Source of the DNA: an uncultured Acidimicrobiia bacterium
Lineage (GTDB): Bacteria; Actinomycetota; Acidimicrobiia; Spongiisociales; UBA11373
Direction: 5' to 3'
NCBI GenBank assembly: GCA_964633975.1
Contig: CAZWKX010000007.1
Span: 159-60,716 of the forward strand
Length of the DNA: 60,558 nt
The notes beneath the pieces were generated by a model. It did not search any database and was not told the origin of the DNA. It saw only the letters and a program-made list of their open reading frames with translations. Shown one piece after another: positions 39,686-51,009 of this stretch. The first letter of the stretch is position 1. Every line of letters begins with the position of its first letter. The position numbers and the translations under genes were made by a program.

Positions 39686-40854
39686 TGCCGCGGCCCGACG
39701 AGCGCGGGCGTTTTGGAGAGTACGGGGGGCGTTTTGCCCCGGAGACGCTGATGGCGGCTCTTGAAGAGCTCGAGGCCGCTTTTGTCGAGGCGTGGGCCGA
39801 TCCCGAGTTCCGGGCCCGCCTCGACGGCCTGCTGCACGACTACGTGGGGCGTCCCACTCCTTTGTATGAGGCGGCGCGGCTGTCCGAGGAGCTCGGGTTC
39901 CGTCTGCTGCTGAAGCGGGAGGACTTGGCACATACGGGGGCCCACAAGATCAACAACACGCTGGGCCAAGGGCTGCTGGCTCAGCGCATGGGGAAGCCGC
40001 GCGTCATAGCCGAGACCGGCGCCGGCCAGCACGGCGTGGCCACGGCTACGGTCGCGGCGCTGCTCGGCTTGGAGTGTGCCGTGTACATGGGCACCGTGGA
40101 CGTCGAGCGTCAGGCACCCAACGTGTACCGCATGCGCATGCTGGGTGCAGAGGTCATCCCCGTGACCTCCGGGGCGGCGACCCTCAAGGACGCCACCAGC
40201 GAGGCGCTGCGTGATTGGGTGGCCACCGTCGAGACCACCCACTACATACTGGGGTCGGTCGTCGGCCCGCATCCCTTCCCCTGGATCGTCAGGGAGCTGC
40301 AGCGGGTCATCGGCGACGAGACCCTGGCCCAGCTCGCCGGCGAGCTGCCTGACCTGATGGTGGCATGCGTCGGCGGCGGATCGAATGCCATGGGCATGTT
40401 CTTCCCGTTTGCCGGGAAGGGGGTGGAGCTGGTGGGCGTCGAGGCCGGGGGATACGGAATCGAGACCGGCAAGCACGGCGCTTCCCTGGGAGCGGGATCG
40501 CCGGGCGTGCTCCACGGTTGCCTGACCTACCTGCTCCAGGACGAAGAAGGTCAGATAAGGGAGGCGCACTCGATCTCTGCCGGTCTCGACTACCCGGGTG
40601 TCGGTCCCGAGCATTCCTACTTCAAGGACGCCGGTGTCGCCAGGTACGTGTCGGTCACCGACGATGAGGCGCTCGACGGCATGGATCTCCTTTCGCGGAC
40701 CGAGGGCATCATCCCGGCCCTCGAGGCGGCGCACGCCCTGGCCTGGCTGGCCAAGGAGCGGGCCTCGCTTGCCGGCAAAACGGTCGTGATGTGCCTGTCG
40801 GGGCGCGGCGACAAGGACGTGCAGCAAGTGGCGGCCCGGAGGGGTGAAGCGTGA
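39679..40854 (+). CDS. trpB: Tryptophan synthase beta chain
   Basis: [61 protein letters not shown]. Confidence 0.97.
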   Translation: MVMPRPDERGRFGEYGGRFAPETLMAALEELEAAFVEAWADPEFRARLDGLLHDYVGRPTPLYEAARLSEELGFRLLLKREDLAHTGAHKINNTLGQGLLAQRMGKPRVIAETGAGQHGVATATVAALLGLECAVYMGTVDVERQAPNVYRMRMLGAEVIPVTSGAATLKDATSEALRDWVATVETTHYILGSVVGPHPFPWIVRELQRVIGDETLAQLAGELPDLMVACVGGGSNAMGMFFPFAGKGVELVGVEAGGYGIETGKHGASLGAGSPGVLHGCLTYLLQDEEGQIREAHSISAGLDYPGVGPEHSYFKDAGVARYVSVTDDEALDGMDLLSRTEGIIPALEAAHALAWLAKERASLAGKTVVMCLSGRGDKDVQQVAARRGEA

Positions 40855-41651
40855 GCGAGCTGGCCGGCCTCTTCGAGGGCGTCGCCGCCGAGAGCCGCGC
40901 GGCGCTGCTGCCGTACCTGATGGCCGGAGTGCCGAGTCCCGAGGTGTCGGCCGAGCTCTTCGTGGCCATGGCGGAAGCAGGCGCCGACGGTTTCGAGGTG
41001 GGCCTGCCCTATTCCGATCCCCTCATGGACGGTCCCGTGATCCAGCGGGCCGGTGCGGCTGCCCTGGCCGCCGGAACCACGGTGCACAGGGGCCTCGAGG
41101 TGCTGGCCGCGGTCACCGAGCGCACGGGCAGGCCCTGTCTGCTCATGACCTACACGAATCCGGTGCTCCGAATAGGCCCGGAGCGGTTCGCCGCCATGGC
41201 GGCCGACGCCGGAGCACGGGGTCTGATCGTGGCCGACCTGCCGGTTGAGGAATCGGGGCCGATCTCCGAGGCTGCGCTGGCCTCAGGCCTGGGCCTCGTG
41301 CTGTTCGTGGCCCCGACGACGCCAAACGAGAGGCTCGAGAGGGTGGTGGCTGCGGATCCGCTGTTCATCTACGGCATCGCCGACATGGGAGTCACGGGCG
41401 AGCGCGGAGAGGCGAGCCGCCGCGCCGCAGAGCTCGCAGCCCGGGTGCGGGACGTCACCGACATCCCCTTGGTGTTGGGGGTGGGCATCTCAGGCCCGGC
41501 GTCGGCGCACCAGGCGGCGCAGCTCGCCGACGGGGTGATCGTCGGATCGGCGCTCGTGCGTCGAGTGTTGGAGGCGCCCGATGTGAAGGCTGCATCCAGC
41601 TCGCTGGCCGCAGCCGTGGAGGAGCTGGCGGCGGCCATGTGGCGCTCCTAG
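40851..41651 (+). CDS. trpA: Tryptophan synthase alpha chain
   Basis: [41 protein letters not shown]. Confidence 0.95.
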   Translation: MSELAGLFEGVAAESRAALLPYLMAGVPSPEVSAELFVAMAEAGADGFEVGLPYSDPLMDGPVIQRAGAAALAAGTTVHRGLEVLAAVTERTGRPCLLMTYTNPVLRIGPERFAAMAADAGARGLIVADLPVEESGPISEAALASGLGLVLFVAPTTPNERLERVVAADPLFIYGIADMGVTGERGEASRRAAELAARVRDVTDIPLVLGVGISGPASAHQAAQLADGVIVGSALVRRVLEAPDVKAASSSLAAAVEELAAAMWRS

Positions 41652-41708
41652 GGGCGTGATTCGTCACGGCGTGGCGGCAAGGACCTGCGGAGGCGATACT
41701 CTCCGGTC

Positions 41709-43439
41709 ATGGACTACATCCGCGTGGCATGCGCCCAGATCAACCCGACCGTCGGGGATATCGACGGGAACGTAGAACAAATCGCCAAGGCGATGGAGTG
41801 GGCCGAGGGCTGTCAGGCCGATCTGTTGCTGCTACCGGAGCTGGCCATCACCGGATACCCGCCTCAGGATCTGCTGCTTCGAAAGGGCTTTGTGGGTGCG
41901 AACACCGAGGCGGTGCACCGGCTGGCCTCCAAGGCCGGCGAGGCGACGACGGTTGTAGGCTGCGCGGAGAGGGCGGGCGGCGGGGCCCGTCGGGATGACG
42001 CCGGGAGCCTTCGCCTCCACAACGCCGCCGCCGTTCTGCACGACAAGCGCCTGCGCGGCATCTATCGCAAGGCCCTTCTTCCCAACTATGGGGTGTTCGA
42101 CGAGCGCCGCTATTTTATACCCGGCACCGAATCCGGGCTCTTGTGGGAGATCAACGGCGCCATCGTCGGCATATCGGTTTGCGAGGACATGTGGGTGGCC
42201 GATGGGCCTCCCGCCGAGCAGGCTCGCGCTGGGGCAGATGCGCTTCTCAACATAAGCGCATCGCCTTTTCACAGAGGCAAGGGCAAAGAGCGACAGGAGA
42301 TGCTCCGCTCCAGGGCGCAGGACATGGGCCTTCCCCTGGTCTTCGTGAATCTCGTCGGCGGGCAGGATGAGTTGGTGTTCGACGGTCAGAGCCTGGTGTT
42401 TGCCGGATCGGGGGATCTGCTCTACCGGGCGCCACAGTTCGAGGAGGATTTGTTCTGGGTCGATGTGCCGCTTCCCAAGGAGGGCAGGCGCGATGTGCGA
42501 GCCCGCATCGTGAGCCGGGGCACTCTGCTGCTCGGAGAGCCTGATCCGCCCCCGGAGTCCGCCGAAACACTGGGCGACGAGGAAGAGGTGTACCGGGCGC
42601 TCTGCACCGGGCTTGCCGACTACGTGCGCAAGAACGGATTCAAGGGCGTCGTCATTGGGCTTTCCGGGGGCATCGACTCGGCTCTCACCGCCACCATCGC
42701 CGCCGACGCCCTGGGAGCCGAAGCGGTGTGGGGTGTGACCATGCCCGGCCCTCACTCCTCGGAGGGCTCCGTGACCGATTCGAGGCAGCTGGCGGAGAAC
42801 CTAGGCATTCGTTTCGACGAGATACGCATCGAGGCGCCTCTCACCGGACTGCAGAGCGCCCTGGCCGAGCCGTTCGCGGAGACCGAGGAGGGCACGACCG
42901 AGGAGAATCTCCAGGCTCGGGTGCGCGGCGCCATCCTCATGGCCCTGTCCAACAAGTTCGGGCGCATGGTGGTCGCCACCGGCAACAAGTCCGAGATGGC
43001 GGTTGGCTACGCAACGCTCTACGGGGACATGGCGGGCGGGTTCTCGGTGCTCAAGGACGTCTACAAGACACAGGTGTACGCCCTGGCCAAGTGGCGGAAT
43101 TCGATCGGTGATGTGATCCCCAGGGCCGTCATCCACAAGGCGCCGTCGGCGGAGCTGAGGCCCAACCAGAAGGATACCGACAGCCTGCCTCCATACGACG
43201 TGCTCGACCGAATCCTGGAGGCATACATCGAAGAGGACCAGTCGCCGGGTGGCATCGTGCTGCGCGGGGTGAAGCAGAGCACGGTGGACGAGGTGACGCG
43301 AATGGTCGACGGCAACGAGTACAAGCGTCGCCAGGCGCCGCCCGGGGTGAGGGTGAGCGAGAAGGCGCTGGCCGGCGACCGGCGCCTGCCCATCACGAAT
43401 CATTTTGTGGGCCGGCAGAACCGGCCGGAGGGCTCGTAG
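41709..43439 (+). CDS. nadE: Glutamine-dependent NAD+ synthetase
   Basis: Nitrilase domain (PEL, YRK..LPNY, CED) plus SGGIDS, ENLQAR, TLYGD, PSAEL. Confidence 0.95.
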   Translation: MDYIRVACAQINPTVGDIDGNVEQIAKAMEWAEGCQADLLLLPELAITGYPPQDLLLRKGFVGANTEAVHRLASKAGEATTVVGCAERAGGGARRDDAGSLRLHNAAAVLHDKRLRGIYRKALLPNYGVFDERRYFIPGTESGLLWEINGAIVGISVCEDMWVADGPPAEQARAGADALLNISASPFHRGKGKERQEMLRSRAQDMGLPLVFVNLVGGQDELVFDGQSLVFAGSGDLLYRAPQFEEDLFWVDVPLPKEGRRDVRARIVSRGTLLLGEPDPPPESAETLGDEEEVYRALCTGLADYVRKNGFKGVVIGLSGGIDSALTATIAADALGAEAVWGVTMPGPHSSEGSVTDSRQLAENLGIRFDEIRIEAPLTGLQSALAEPFAETEEGTTEENLQARVRGAILMALSNKFGRMVVATGNKSEMAVGYATLYGDMAGGFSVLKDVYKTQVYALAKWRNSIGDVIPRAVIHKAPSAELRPNQKDTDSLPPYDVLDRILEAYIEEDQSPGGIVLRGVKQSTVDEVTRMVDGNEYKRRQAPPGVRVSEKALAGDRRLPITNHFVGRQNRPEGS

Positions 43440-43455
43440 CGGCACGACGAGACGG

Positions 43456-43541
43456 TGGTACCGGGAGGGGGAGTCGAACCCCCACGGGCCTGAGCCCAGC
43501 GGATTTTGAGTCCACCGCGTCTACCATTCCGCCATCCCGGC
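43456..43541 (-). tRNA. tRNA-Leu (CAA)
   Basis: GCCGGGATGGCGGAATGGTAGACGCGGTGGACT-CAA-AATCCGCT...GGGGGTTCGACTCCCCCTCCCGGTACCA; long variable arm, encoded CCA; TATGAT -10 at 43555-43550. Confidence 0.96.
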
Positions 43542-43615
43542 GCACATCGATCATAGGCGGGGGCGGTGTACGCGTTGGGGCGGCTCGCGGCGGCTCGGAT
43601 GGGATTGGGCTGAGC

Positions 43616-43897
43616 TTGGCTGGCAGACGACTTCAGAAGCGCCTCTTTCGTCTGACCGACGAGATCGTTCGCATCGGTGAGGAGGAGCGGCTCACGGCCG
43701 AGGAGCTGCGCATCCATCGACACCTCGACGACGACGCTCGGCGCGATGCCGTCGTGGCCGGCACCCCGCTCGCCCGCGAGGATGCTCGGGAGACCGCCGC
43801 CGACGTAACTCGGTTCCAGCGCGCCCTCGAGTCGCTTCGAAGGCGCCGAGACCGCGTCGAAGCGAAACGGGAGCGCTTGTTGCGGCGGCTCGACTGA
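43616..43897 (+). CDS. Hypothetical charged coiled-coil protein
   Basis: 93 aa E/R-rich helical ORF filling the tRNA-polA gap. Confidence 0.7.
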   Translation: MAGRRLQKRLFRLTDEIVRIGEEERLTAEELRIHRHLDDDARRDAVVAGTPLAREDARETAADVTRFQRALESLRRRRDRVEAKRERLLRRLD

Positions 43898-43921
43898 GCC
43901 CCGCGACCTATGATCGGCGGG

Positions 43922-46552
43922 ATGCCCAAGCTCGCGCTGCTCGACGGCCATAGCCTCGCCTACCGAGCCTTTTTCGCGTTGCCCACCGACTTGGCCACGC
44001 CCGACGGACGGACGACCAACGCGGTCTTCGGGTTCACATCCATGATCGTGAAGCTGCTGGACGACGAGCACCCGGATGCCATGGCGGTGGCCTGGGACAC
44101 TCCCGAGGAGACCTTCCGTAGTGCGGAGTACCCGGAGTACAAGGCGACACGGCGGGCAGCGCCCGACCTGTTCAAGAGCCAGCTTCCGCTGATGGACGAG
44201 GTGACGGAGGCATTGGGGATCCGCCAGCTTCGGGCCCCTGGGTTCGAGGCGGACGACGTGATAGCGACGGTGGCCCGGCAGGCCGCCGATGCAGGCTGGG
44301 ATGTGCTGATTGTCACCGGAGATCGAGACGCCTTTCAGCTGATCGGTGGCGGCGTGAAAGTGGTGTACACGCGGCGCGGAATCACGGACACGGTGATCGC
44401 CGACACCGGCTACATCGAGGAGCGCTACGGCATCCGCCCCGCTCAGTACCCGGACTACGCGGCGCTGCGGGGGGACACCAGCGACAACCTGCCCGGGGTT
44501 CCCGGCGTGGGCGAGAAGACGGCGACCAAGTTGGTGTCGGAGTACGGCGGCCTGGAAGGCATCTACGAGCACCTCGACGACTTGTCCCCGAAGCTGAGAA
44601 CAAGCCTCGAAGAGACCAGGGAGCAGGCTTTTCTCAACCGCCGGCTCATCAAGCTCATCGAGAATGTGGAGGTTGGAGCCGAGGTAGGTGACTACCGCCT
44701 GCAACCCTGGAACCCCGAACGGGTGCGCGAGGTGTTCGATGGGCTCGCATTCCGTTCACTGTGGCGGCGGCTGCAAGAGGTCGGGGGCGGGGAGCCGACG
44801 TCGCCTGAGGCGGTGGCCGACATCGAAGTGACGGTTCCCGAGGATGTCGGAGGCCTCGCCGGCCCCGGCGCCCGTCTCGTGCTCGAGGCGGTGTGGGACG
44901 GGTCCGATCTCGTCGGAGTCGTCGTGGCCGGCGGCGACGACCAGGCTGCTTTTGTGCCTCTGTCGCGCTTGGGCGGGTTGGAGAAGGCCCTCGCCGATGA
45001 AACGGTTCCCAAGGTGCTCCACGATGCCAAGCGGCTGGTCCGGGCGCTGCTGGAGATGGATCTGGACCTTTGCGGCCTGGAGTTCGACAGTGCTCTCGCC
45101 GGCTACGTGATCAACCCTGCCGAGAGAGCGCCCGAATTGAGCGATCTGGCTTCCCGGATACTCGGCCTCGAGATCGTGTCCCCCGAGGGCGGTGAGCCCT
45201 CCTCCGGCTCGGCCCAGGGCAGTCTGGCCTTCGACCAGGCGGGCCCCGACATCGAGGGCGCGGCGCGCCGCGCCCTGGCGGTGCGCCGGCTGGTCGAGCC
45301 GCTGACCGAGCAGCTCCGGGAACGCGCCAGCCTCGAGCTGTTCAGGGAGGTGGAGCTTCCATTCGTGCGAGTGCTGGCCAAGATGGAGGTTGCCGGCATC
45401 GGCACCGATCGGGAGTACCTGGAGGAGCTGGGCGAGAGCCTGCGCGATCGCCTCGGCGGGTTGGAGAAGGCCATCTACCAGGCTGCCGGAGAGCCGTTCA
45501 ACATCAACTCGACGCTTCAGCTGCGCAGCGTTCTCTTCGAGCGCCTGCAGCTCCCGGTGCTCAAGAAGACCCCCAAGGGCGCACCGTCGACGGATGCGTC
45601 CGTGCTGCAGAAGCTGGCGGGCGAACACGGCATAGTGGAGCATCTTCTGCACTACCGCGAGCTGGAGAAGCTGCGCTCGACGTACGTGGACGGACTGCTG
45701 CCCCTAATCGGCCCGGACGGGCGCATCCATTGCATCTTCAACCAGACCGGCGCCGCCACGGGCCGGATCTCGTCGGAACGGCCGAACATGCAGAACATCC
45801 CGGTCCGCTCCGAGGAAGGCCGTGCCATCCGGCGGGCGTTCGTGGCGGGGCCGGGCTGCCGGTTCGTCGTCGCCGACTACAGCCAGATCGAGCTGCGTAT
45901 CCTGGCTCATGTCAGTGGCGATGCCGGCTTGCTGGAGGCGTTCGCCTCAGGCGCCGACATCCACACGGCCACCGCGGCGAGGGTGTTCGGACTGGCTCCC
46001 GACCAGGTGAGCGCGGATCTGCGGCGCCGGGCCAAGATGATCAACTTTGGCCTCCTCTACGGGATGGAGGCCTACGGGCTGGCACAGCGCCTCCAGATAC
46101 CGACCGAGGAGGCCCAGGAGCACATGGACGCCTATTTCGCTCAGTTCCCCGACGTGCAGGCGTTCATGGAGGGCATAGTGGCCGAGGCGCGGCAGACCGG
46201 GTACACCACCACCATCCTGGGACGCCGCCGCTACCTGCCCGAGTTGGTGTCCGACAACTTCAGGGTGCGGCAGATGGGGGAGAGGATGGCCCTCAACGCG
46301 CCGATTCAGGGTTCGGCCGCCGACATCATCAAACGGGCGATGATCGTGCTCGACGCCGAACTGGAGGCACGGCGCTTGGCGACCGAGATGCTGTTACAGG
46401 TACACGACGAGCTGCTGTTGGAGGGCCCCGAGGGGGAGATGGACGAGGTGGTCGGCCTCACGCGGGAGGTCATGGAGGGGGTCACCGAGCTTCGGGTTCC
46501 CCTGCGGGTCGACATGGCGACCGGAAGCAGCTTGGCCGACGTCAAGGCCTGA
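43922..46552 (+). CDS. polA: DNA polymerase I
   Basis: 5'-3' exonuclease (LDGHSLAYRAF, EADD, TGDRD, GDTSDNLPGV); pol motifs ADYSQIELR, AKMINFGLLYG, LQVHDEL. Confidence 0.98.
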   Translation: MPKLALLDGHSLAYRAFFALPTDLATPDGRTTNAVFGFTSMIVKLLDDEHPDAMAVAWDTPEETFRSAEYPEYKATRRAAPDLFKSQLPLMDEVTEALGIRQLRAPGFEADDVIATVARQAADAGWDVLIVTGDRDAFQLIGGGVKVVYTRRGITDTVIADTGYIEERYGIRPAQYPDYAALRGDTSDNLPGVPGVGEKTATKLVSEYGGLEGIYEHLDDLSPKLRTSLEETREQAFLNRRLIKLIENVEVGAEVGDYRLQPWNPERVREVFDGLAFRSLWRRLQEVGGGEPTSPEAVADIEVTVPEDVGGLAGPGARLVLEAVWDGSDLVGVVVAGGDDQAAFVPLSRLGGLEKALADETVPKVLHDAKRLVRALLEMDLDLCGLEFDSALAGYVINPAERAPELSDLASRILGLEIVSPEGGEPSSGSAQGSLAFDQAGPDIEGAARRALAVRRLVEPLTEQLRERASLELFREVELPFVRVLAKMEVAGIGTDREYLEELGESLRDRLGGLEKAIYQAAGEPFNINSTLQLRSVLFERLQLPVLKKTPKGAPSTDASVLQKLAGEHGIVEHLLHYRELEKLRSTYVDGLLPLIGPDGRIHCIFNQTGAATGRISSERPNMQNIPVRSEEGRAIRRAFVAGPGCRFVVADYSQIELRILAHVSGDAGLLEAFASGADIHTATAARVFGLAPDQVSADLRRRAKMINFGLLYGMEAYGLAQRLQIPTEEAQEHMDAYFAQFPDVQAFMEGIVAEARQTGYTTTILGRRRYLPELVSDNFRVRQMGERMALNAPIQGSAADIIKRAMIVLDAELEARRLATEMLLQVHDELLLEGPEGEMDEVVGLTREVMEGVTELRVPLRVDMATGSSLADVKA

Positions 46553-46640
46553 GGGGCATTGGCGGTGTGTTAGCCTTGTGCTGCCTCTGGGCAGGGTTGT
46601 TCTGCTCGAGTGCAATCGTTCCGAGGAGACAATCGCACCC

Positions 46641-48065
46641 ATGACCGAAGATACGACGGGCGCGCCTGCCGAGGGGGTCGGTGAGCAGGCGCAGTCCGCC
46701 GAGGGAGATGCCGCCGCGGCGGCCGCTCCCGAGGAGCCAAAGGACGAGGCTGCCGCGACCGAAGAGGTGAAGGCGGAGACCTCGAAGAAGATTGATGCTG
46801 CGGAGGCCGCCCCTGCCGAGGACGAGCAGCCCGCCGACATGACCGAGGAGGACTTCGCCGCCGCAGTCGAGAAGACCGTGGTCGAGTTCACCGAGGGAAG
46901 CCTGGTCACGGGGTCCGTGGTCCGCGTCGATCCCGACGAGGTGCTGGTCGACATCGGCTACAAGTCGGAAGGCGTGATCCCGGCCTCCGAGCTGTCGATT
47001 CGTAACAGCGTCAACCCAGCCGACGTGGTCTCCGTCGGCGACGAGATCGAGGCGCTGGTCATGCAGCTCGAGGACCAGGACGGTCGCCTCATCCTGTCCA
47101 AGAAGCGCGCCCAGTACGAGCGGGCCTGGGGCCGTATCGAAAAGATCATGGAGGAGGGCGAGACGGTGACCGGCCAGGTCATCGAGGTGGTCAAGGGCGG
47201 TCTCATAGTGGATATCGGCCTTCGCGGTTTCCTGCCAGCCTCTCTCGTCGAGCTGAGGCGGGTGCGTGATCTCCAGCCCTACGTGGGTGAAACGCTCGAG
47301 GCCAAGGTCATCGAACTCGACAAGAACCGCAACAACGTCGTGTTGTCCCGCCGCGCCTTCCTCGAGGAGGAGCAGGCGGAGCAGCGCCATGCCTTCCTGG
47401 ACGAGCTCGAGGTCGGCGAGGTGCGCAGCGGTGTGGTGTCCTCCGTGGTGAATTTCGGCGCCTTCGTCGATCTCGGAGGCATGGACGGGCTGGTGCACGT
47501 CTCCGAACTCTCCTGGCAGCACGTGAGCCATCCCTCCGAGGTGATATCGGTGGGCGACGAAGTCGAAGTCAGGGTGCTGGAGATCGATCGCGAGCGCGAG
47601 CGCATCTCACTGTCCATCCGCCAGACCCGCGACGATCCTTGGGAGTCGTTCTCCGAGGGCCACAACGTGGGCGACGTAGTCGACGGTGTCGTCACCAAGA
47701 CCGTGCCCTTTGGCGCCTTCGTCTCCATCACCGACGGGGTGGAAGGCCTCGTGCACGTGTCGGAGATCGCCATGCATCACGTGGAGAGCCCCGAGCTGGA
47801 GCTGTCGGTGGGTCAAGAGGTCAAGGTCAAGATCACCGAGATCGACGCCGACCGGCGCCGCATCAGCTTGTCCATCAAGCAGGCCACACCCGAGTGGGAG
47901 CAACGGGCCCAGTGGGCCGAGGAGAGGAGCACCCGCAAGAAGTCCCGCCGCGAGTTCCAGCGCGAAGAAGAGGCGGCCGAGGAGCCCGCGTCTTCGTTCG
48001 CCGCCGATGCTTCGCTCGAAGCCATTCTGCAGGAGCTCAAGGAGAAGGGGATCGGGCGCAAGTAG
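46641..48065 (+). CDS. rpsA: 30S ribosomal protein S1 (four S1 domains)
   Basis: VDIGYKSEG, LILSKKRAQYE, GLRGFLPASL, FGAFVDLGG.DGLVHVSELSW; GAGGAG SD. Confidence 0.96.
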   Translation: MTEDTTGAPAEGVGEQAQSAEGDAAAAAAPEEPKDEAAATEEVKAETSKKIDAAEAAPAEDEQPADMTEEDFAAAVEKTVVEFTEGSLVTGSVVRVDPDEVLVDIGYKSEGVIPASELSIRNSVNPADVVSVGDEIEALVMQLEDQDGRLILSKKRAQYERAWGRIEKIMEEGETVTGQVIEVVKGGLIVDIGLRGFLPASLVELRRVRDLQPYVGETLEAKVIELDKNRNNVVLSRRAFLEEEQAEQRHAFLDELEVGEVRSGVVSSVVNFGAFVDLGGMDGLVHVSELSWQHVSHPSEVISVGDEVEVRVLEIDRERERISLSIRQTRDDPWESFSEGHNVGDVVDGVVTKTVPFGAFVSITDGVEGLVHVSEIAMHHVESPELELSVGQEVKVKITEIDADRRRISLSIKQATPEWEQRAQWAEERSTRKKSRREFQREEEAAEEPASSFAADASLEAILQELKEKGIGRK

Positions 48066-48191
48066 CCCATCCCGTCCCTGCGTCAAGAAGCCGCAGTATC
48101 TCCGTGAACGGGACGGCCAATCGCCTGCAGCTCTTGGCTTCGCGTTCCCCGGCGACATGGTTGACTTCCGGGCCCGGGTAACGTCGAGGAG

Positions 48192-48770
48192 GTGAGTTCC
48201 ACCCGGCTTGTGCTGTTGGGGGGCGGAATCGGCAGCGGAAAGAGCACTGCCGCCGGCGTCCTGGCGGCTTTCGGCGCCGCCGTGTTCTCCGCGGACGAGG
48301 CCGGGCACCGCGCCCTCGAGCCCGGAGAGCCGGCATACGCTCTGGTGGCCAAGCGCTGGCCCGAGGTGATCGTGGGCGGCCGGGTCGATCGCACGGCTTT
48401 GGGCAGGATCGTGTTCGCGGATGCGGACGAGCTGCGCGCCCTGGAGTCGGTCAGCCATCCCGCAATCCGGGACTACCTACGCGCTCGCATAGGGGAGTCG
48501 GACGCGGAGGTGATCGTGGTCGAGATGCCGCTGCTCCAGGACTTGTTCGGCCCCGGCTGGCTATGGATGGTGGTCGACGCAGCCGACGAACTTCGGCTCA
48601 AGCGGCTGGTGCATCACGGAATGAATCGTGCCGATGCCGAGGCCCGCATAGCGGTGCAGGCTTCGCGTCGGGAGTGGCTGGACGCCGCCGAGATCGTGAT
48701 CGACAACTCGGGGAATCTGGAGCACCTGGCCGGGGAGTGCGAACGAGCCTGGGAGGCGATCTTGAGCTGA
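48192..48770 (+). CDS. coaE: Dephospho-CoA kinase
   Basis: [10 protein letters not shown]-loop, DR..LG.IVF, HP.I, PLL, IDN.G. Confidence 0.92.
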   Translation: MSSTRLVLLGGGIGSGKSTAAGVLAAFGAAVFSADEAGHRALEPGEPAYALVAKRWPEVIVGGRVDRTALGRIVFADADELRALESVSHPAIRDYLRARIGESDAEVIVVEMPLLQDLFGPGWLWMVVDAADELRLKRLVHHGMNRADAEARIAVQASRREWLDAAEIVIDNSGNLEHLAGECERAWEAILS

Positions 48771-48793
48771 GGCTCGAGGTTATGGTGGCGGCG

Positions 48794-50818
48794 ATGAACC
48801 CCTTCCGCGTCGTTTCCGACTTCGCCCCCGCCGGCGACCAGCCGCGCGCCATTGTGGAGCTGGCATCCGGCATCGAGCGGGGGCACCGTTTCCAGACCCT
48901 GCTCGGCATCACGGGCTCGGGCAAATCGGCCACCGTGGCCTGGCTTATCGAGAAGGTGCAGCGGCCCACACTCGTGCTGGCGCCGAACAAGGCGCTGGCG
49001 GCTCAGCTGGCCAACGAGTTTCGCCAGCTCTTCCCGAACAACAGGGTGGAGTACTTCGTGTCCTACTACGACTACTACCAGCCCGAGGCATACATACCGC
49101 AGAGCGACACCTACATAGAGAAGGACTCCTCGGTCAACGACGAGATCGACCGCCTCAGGCACTCGGCGACGGCGGCGCTGCTGACCCGCCGTGATGTGAT
49201 CATCGTGGCCTCGGTTTCCGCCATATACGGGCTGGGCTCGCCGGAGCAGTACCAAGGGCAGCTACTGCGACTCGTGCGAGGGGTCGAGTACCCGCTCGAG
49301 CACGCGGTGCGGCGGCTCGTCGACATTCAATATGACCGGAACGAGGTCAACCTGGCCCGGGGCCGCTTTCGGGTGCGCGGAGACACGCTGGAGATTTTCC
49401 CCGCCTATGAAGAGACCGTCGCCAGGGTCGAGTACTTCGGGGACGAAGTGGAGCGCATCCTGCAGATGAATCCGGTGACCGGGGAGGTGGTCGACGAGCT
49501 GTCGGAACTCTGGGTGTACCCGGCCAGCCACTACGTGACGACGCAGGAGCGCGTGCTGAAGGCGATGGCCGCCATCGAGGAGGAGCTGGAGGGCCGCCTG
49601 GAGGAGCTGAATGAGGCGGGGAAGCTGCTCGAGGCGCAGCGCCTACGCATGCGCACCTCCTACGACCTCGAGATGATCCGCGAGGTCGGCTACTGCAACG
49701 GCATCGAGAACTACAGCCGGCACCTGGATGGCCGAGAAGCGGGGGAGCCCCCGTACACCTTGCTGGATTATTTCCCGTCCGACTACCTGACGATCATCGA
49801 CGAGAGCCACGTCACCATCCCTCAGCTGCATGGGCAGTACGAGGGGGATCGCAGCCGCAAGGAGGTGCTCGTAGAGCACGGCTTCCGGCTGCCGTCAGCG
49901 ATCGACAATCGGCCGCTGGGTTTCGATGAGTGGCGGGACAAGGCGGGGCAGGTCGTGTTCCTCTCCGCCACCCCGGGTCCGTGGGAGCTGGAGCACTCTG
50001 CGGCCGTCGTCGAGCAGATCATCCGGCCCACCGGCCTGGTCGATCCGGAGGTCGTGGTCAAGCCGACGAGGGGACAGATCGACGATCTACTCGAGGAGAT
50101 CCGGCGGCGCGCCGAGGTGGATCAGCGGGTCCTGGTGACGACCCTGACCAAGAAGATGGCCGAGGATCTGACCGACTACCTGCTCGAGATGGGGGTGAGG
50201 GCCCGCTATCTGCACTCCGAGATCGAGACCCTCGAGCGGGTGCAGATCCTGAGGGACCTGCGGCTCGGCGAGTTCGATGTGCTGGTGGGCATCAACCTTT
50301 TACGTGAAGGGCTCGACCTGCCGGAGGTGAGCCTGGTGGCGATCCTCGACGCCGACAAGGAGGGATTCCTGCGTTCGGAGACGTCGCTGGTGCAGATCAT
50401 CGGGAGGGCCGCTCGCAACGTCGACGGCCAGGTCGTCATGTACGCCGACGACGTGACCCGCTCCATGCGGCAGGCCCTCAACGAGACGAATCGCCGCCGC
50501 GCTCTGCAGATGGCATACAACAAGGAACGCGGCATAGATCCGCAGACGATTCGCAAGAAGGTGTCCGACATCCTGGAGCTGGTGCAGAGCGGCGGTGCCG
50601 CGCTGGAGCGACGGCGCCGCGAGATCGAAGAGCGGCCTGCGCTGGACCTTCCCGCCGACGACCTCGAAAGGCTCATCAGGAGCCTCGAGGACGAGATGCG
50701 GGAGGCGGCCCGGGAGCTGCGCTTCGAGTACGCGGCGCGTCTGCGCGACGAGATCGAGGACCTGAAGCGGGAACTCAGGGCGATGGCCGAAGCCGCGCCC
50801 CGGCGACGGAAGACCTAG
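48794..50818 (+). CDS. uvrB: Excinuclease ABC subunit B
   Basis: [42 protein letters not shown]-terminal UVR domain. Confidence 0.98.
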   Translation: MNPFRVVSDFAPAGDQPRAIVELASGIERGHRFQTLLGITGSGKSATVAWLIEKVQRPTLVLAPNKALAAQLANEFRQLFPNNRVEYFVSYYDYYQPEAYIPQSDTYIEKDSSVNDEIDRLRHSATAALLTRRDVIIVASVSAIYGLGSPEQYQGQLLRLVRGVEYPLEHAVRRLVDIQYDRNEVNLARGRFRVRGDTLEIFPAYEETVARVEYFGDEVERILQMNPVTGEVVDELSELWVYPASHYVTTQERVLKAMAAIEEELEGRLEELNEAGKLLEAQRLRMRTSYDLEMIREVGYCNGIENYSRHLDGREAGEPPYTLLDYFPSDYLTIIDESHVTIPQLHGQYEGDRSRKEVLVEHGFRLPSAIDNRPLGFDEWRDKAGQVVFLSATPGPWELEHSAAVVEQIIRPTGLVDPEVVVKPTRGQIDDLLEEIRRRAEVDQRVLVTTLTKKMAEDLTDYLLEMGVRARYLHSEIETLERVQILRDLRLGEFDVLVGINLLREGLDLPEVSLVAILDADKEGFLRSETSLVQIIGRAARNVDGQVVMYADDVTRSMRQALNETNRRRALQMAYNKERGIDPQTIRKKVSDILELVQSGGAALERRRREIEERPALDLPADDLERLIRSLEDEMREAARELRFEYAARLRDEIEDLKRELRAMAEAAPRRRKT

Positions 50819-51009
50819 TCGTCGGTCTTTTCTTTCTCTTGCTCGTCTTCCCCGCTGAGCCCGGCGCGCAGCTCTCGCGCCGACTTGCCGATGGCACGAG
50901 CCAGCTCGGGAAGCTTCTTGGCTCCGAAGAGCAGGACGACGACGATGACGACGAGGACGATCTCCCCGGCGCCGACCCGCTGGAAGAGACCTACGACCTG
51001 CCCGATCAT
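50815..51009 (-). CDS. tatA: Twin-arginine translocase TatA/E subunit
   Basis: TM helix followed by [16 protein letters not shown]; AAGGAG SD before ATG 51009. Confidence 0.9.
   Translation of the reverse strand: MIGQVVGLFQRVGAGEIVLVVIVVVLLFGAKKLPELARAIGKSARELRAGLSGEDEQEKEKTDD

Noticed and set aside
38896-40827. Long antisense ORF (643 aa) and many similar ORFs, e.g. 14894..16507, 22408..23904, 43400..44704
   Set aside because: Stop-poor shadow frames expected in high-GC coding DNA; no motifs; they overlap well-supported genes
43440-43620. tRNA-Leu as an integration site for a mobile element
   Set aside because: No integrase, no duplicated tRNA 3' end noticed, flanked by core genes
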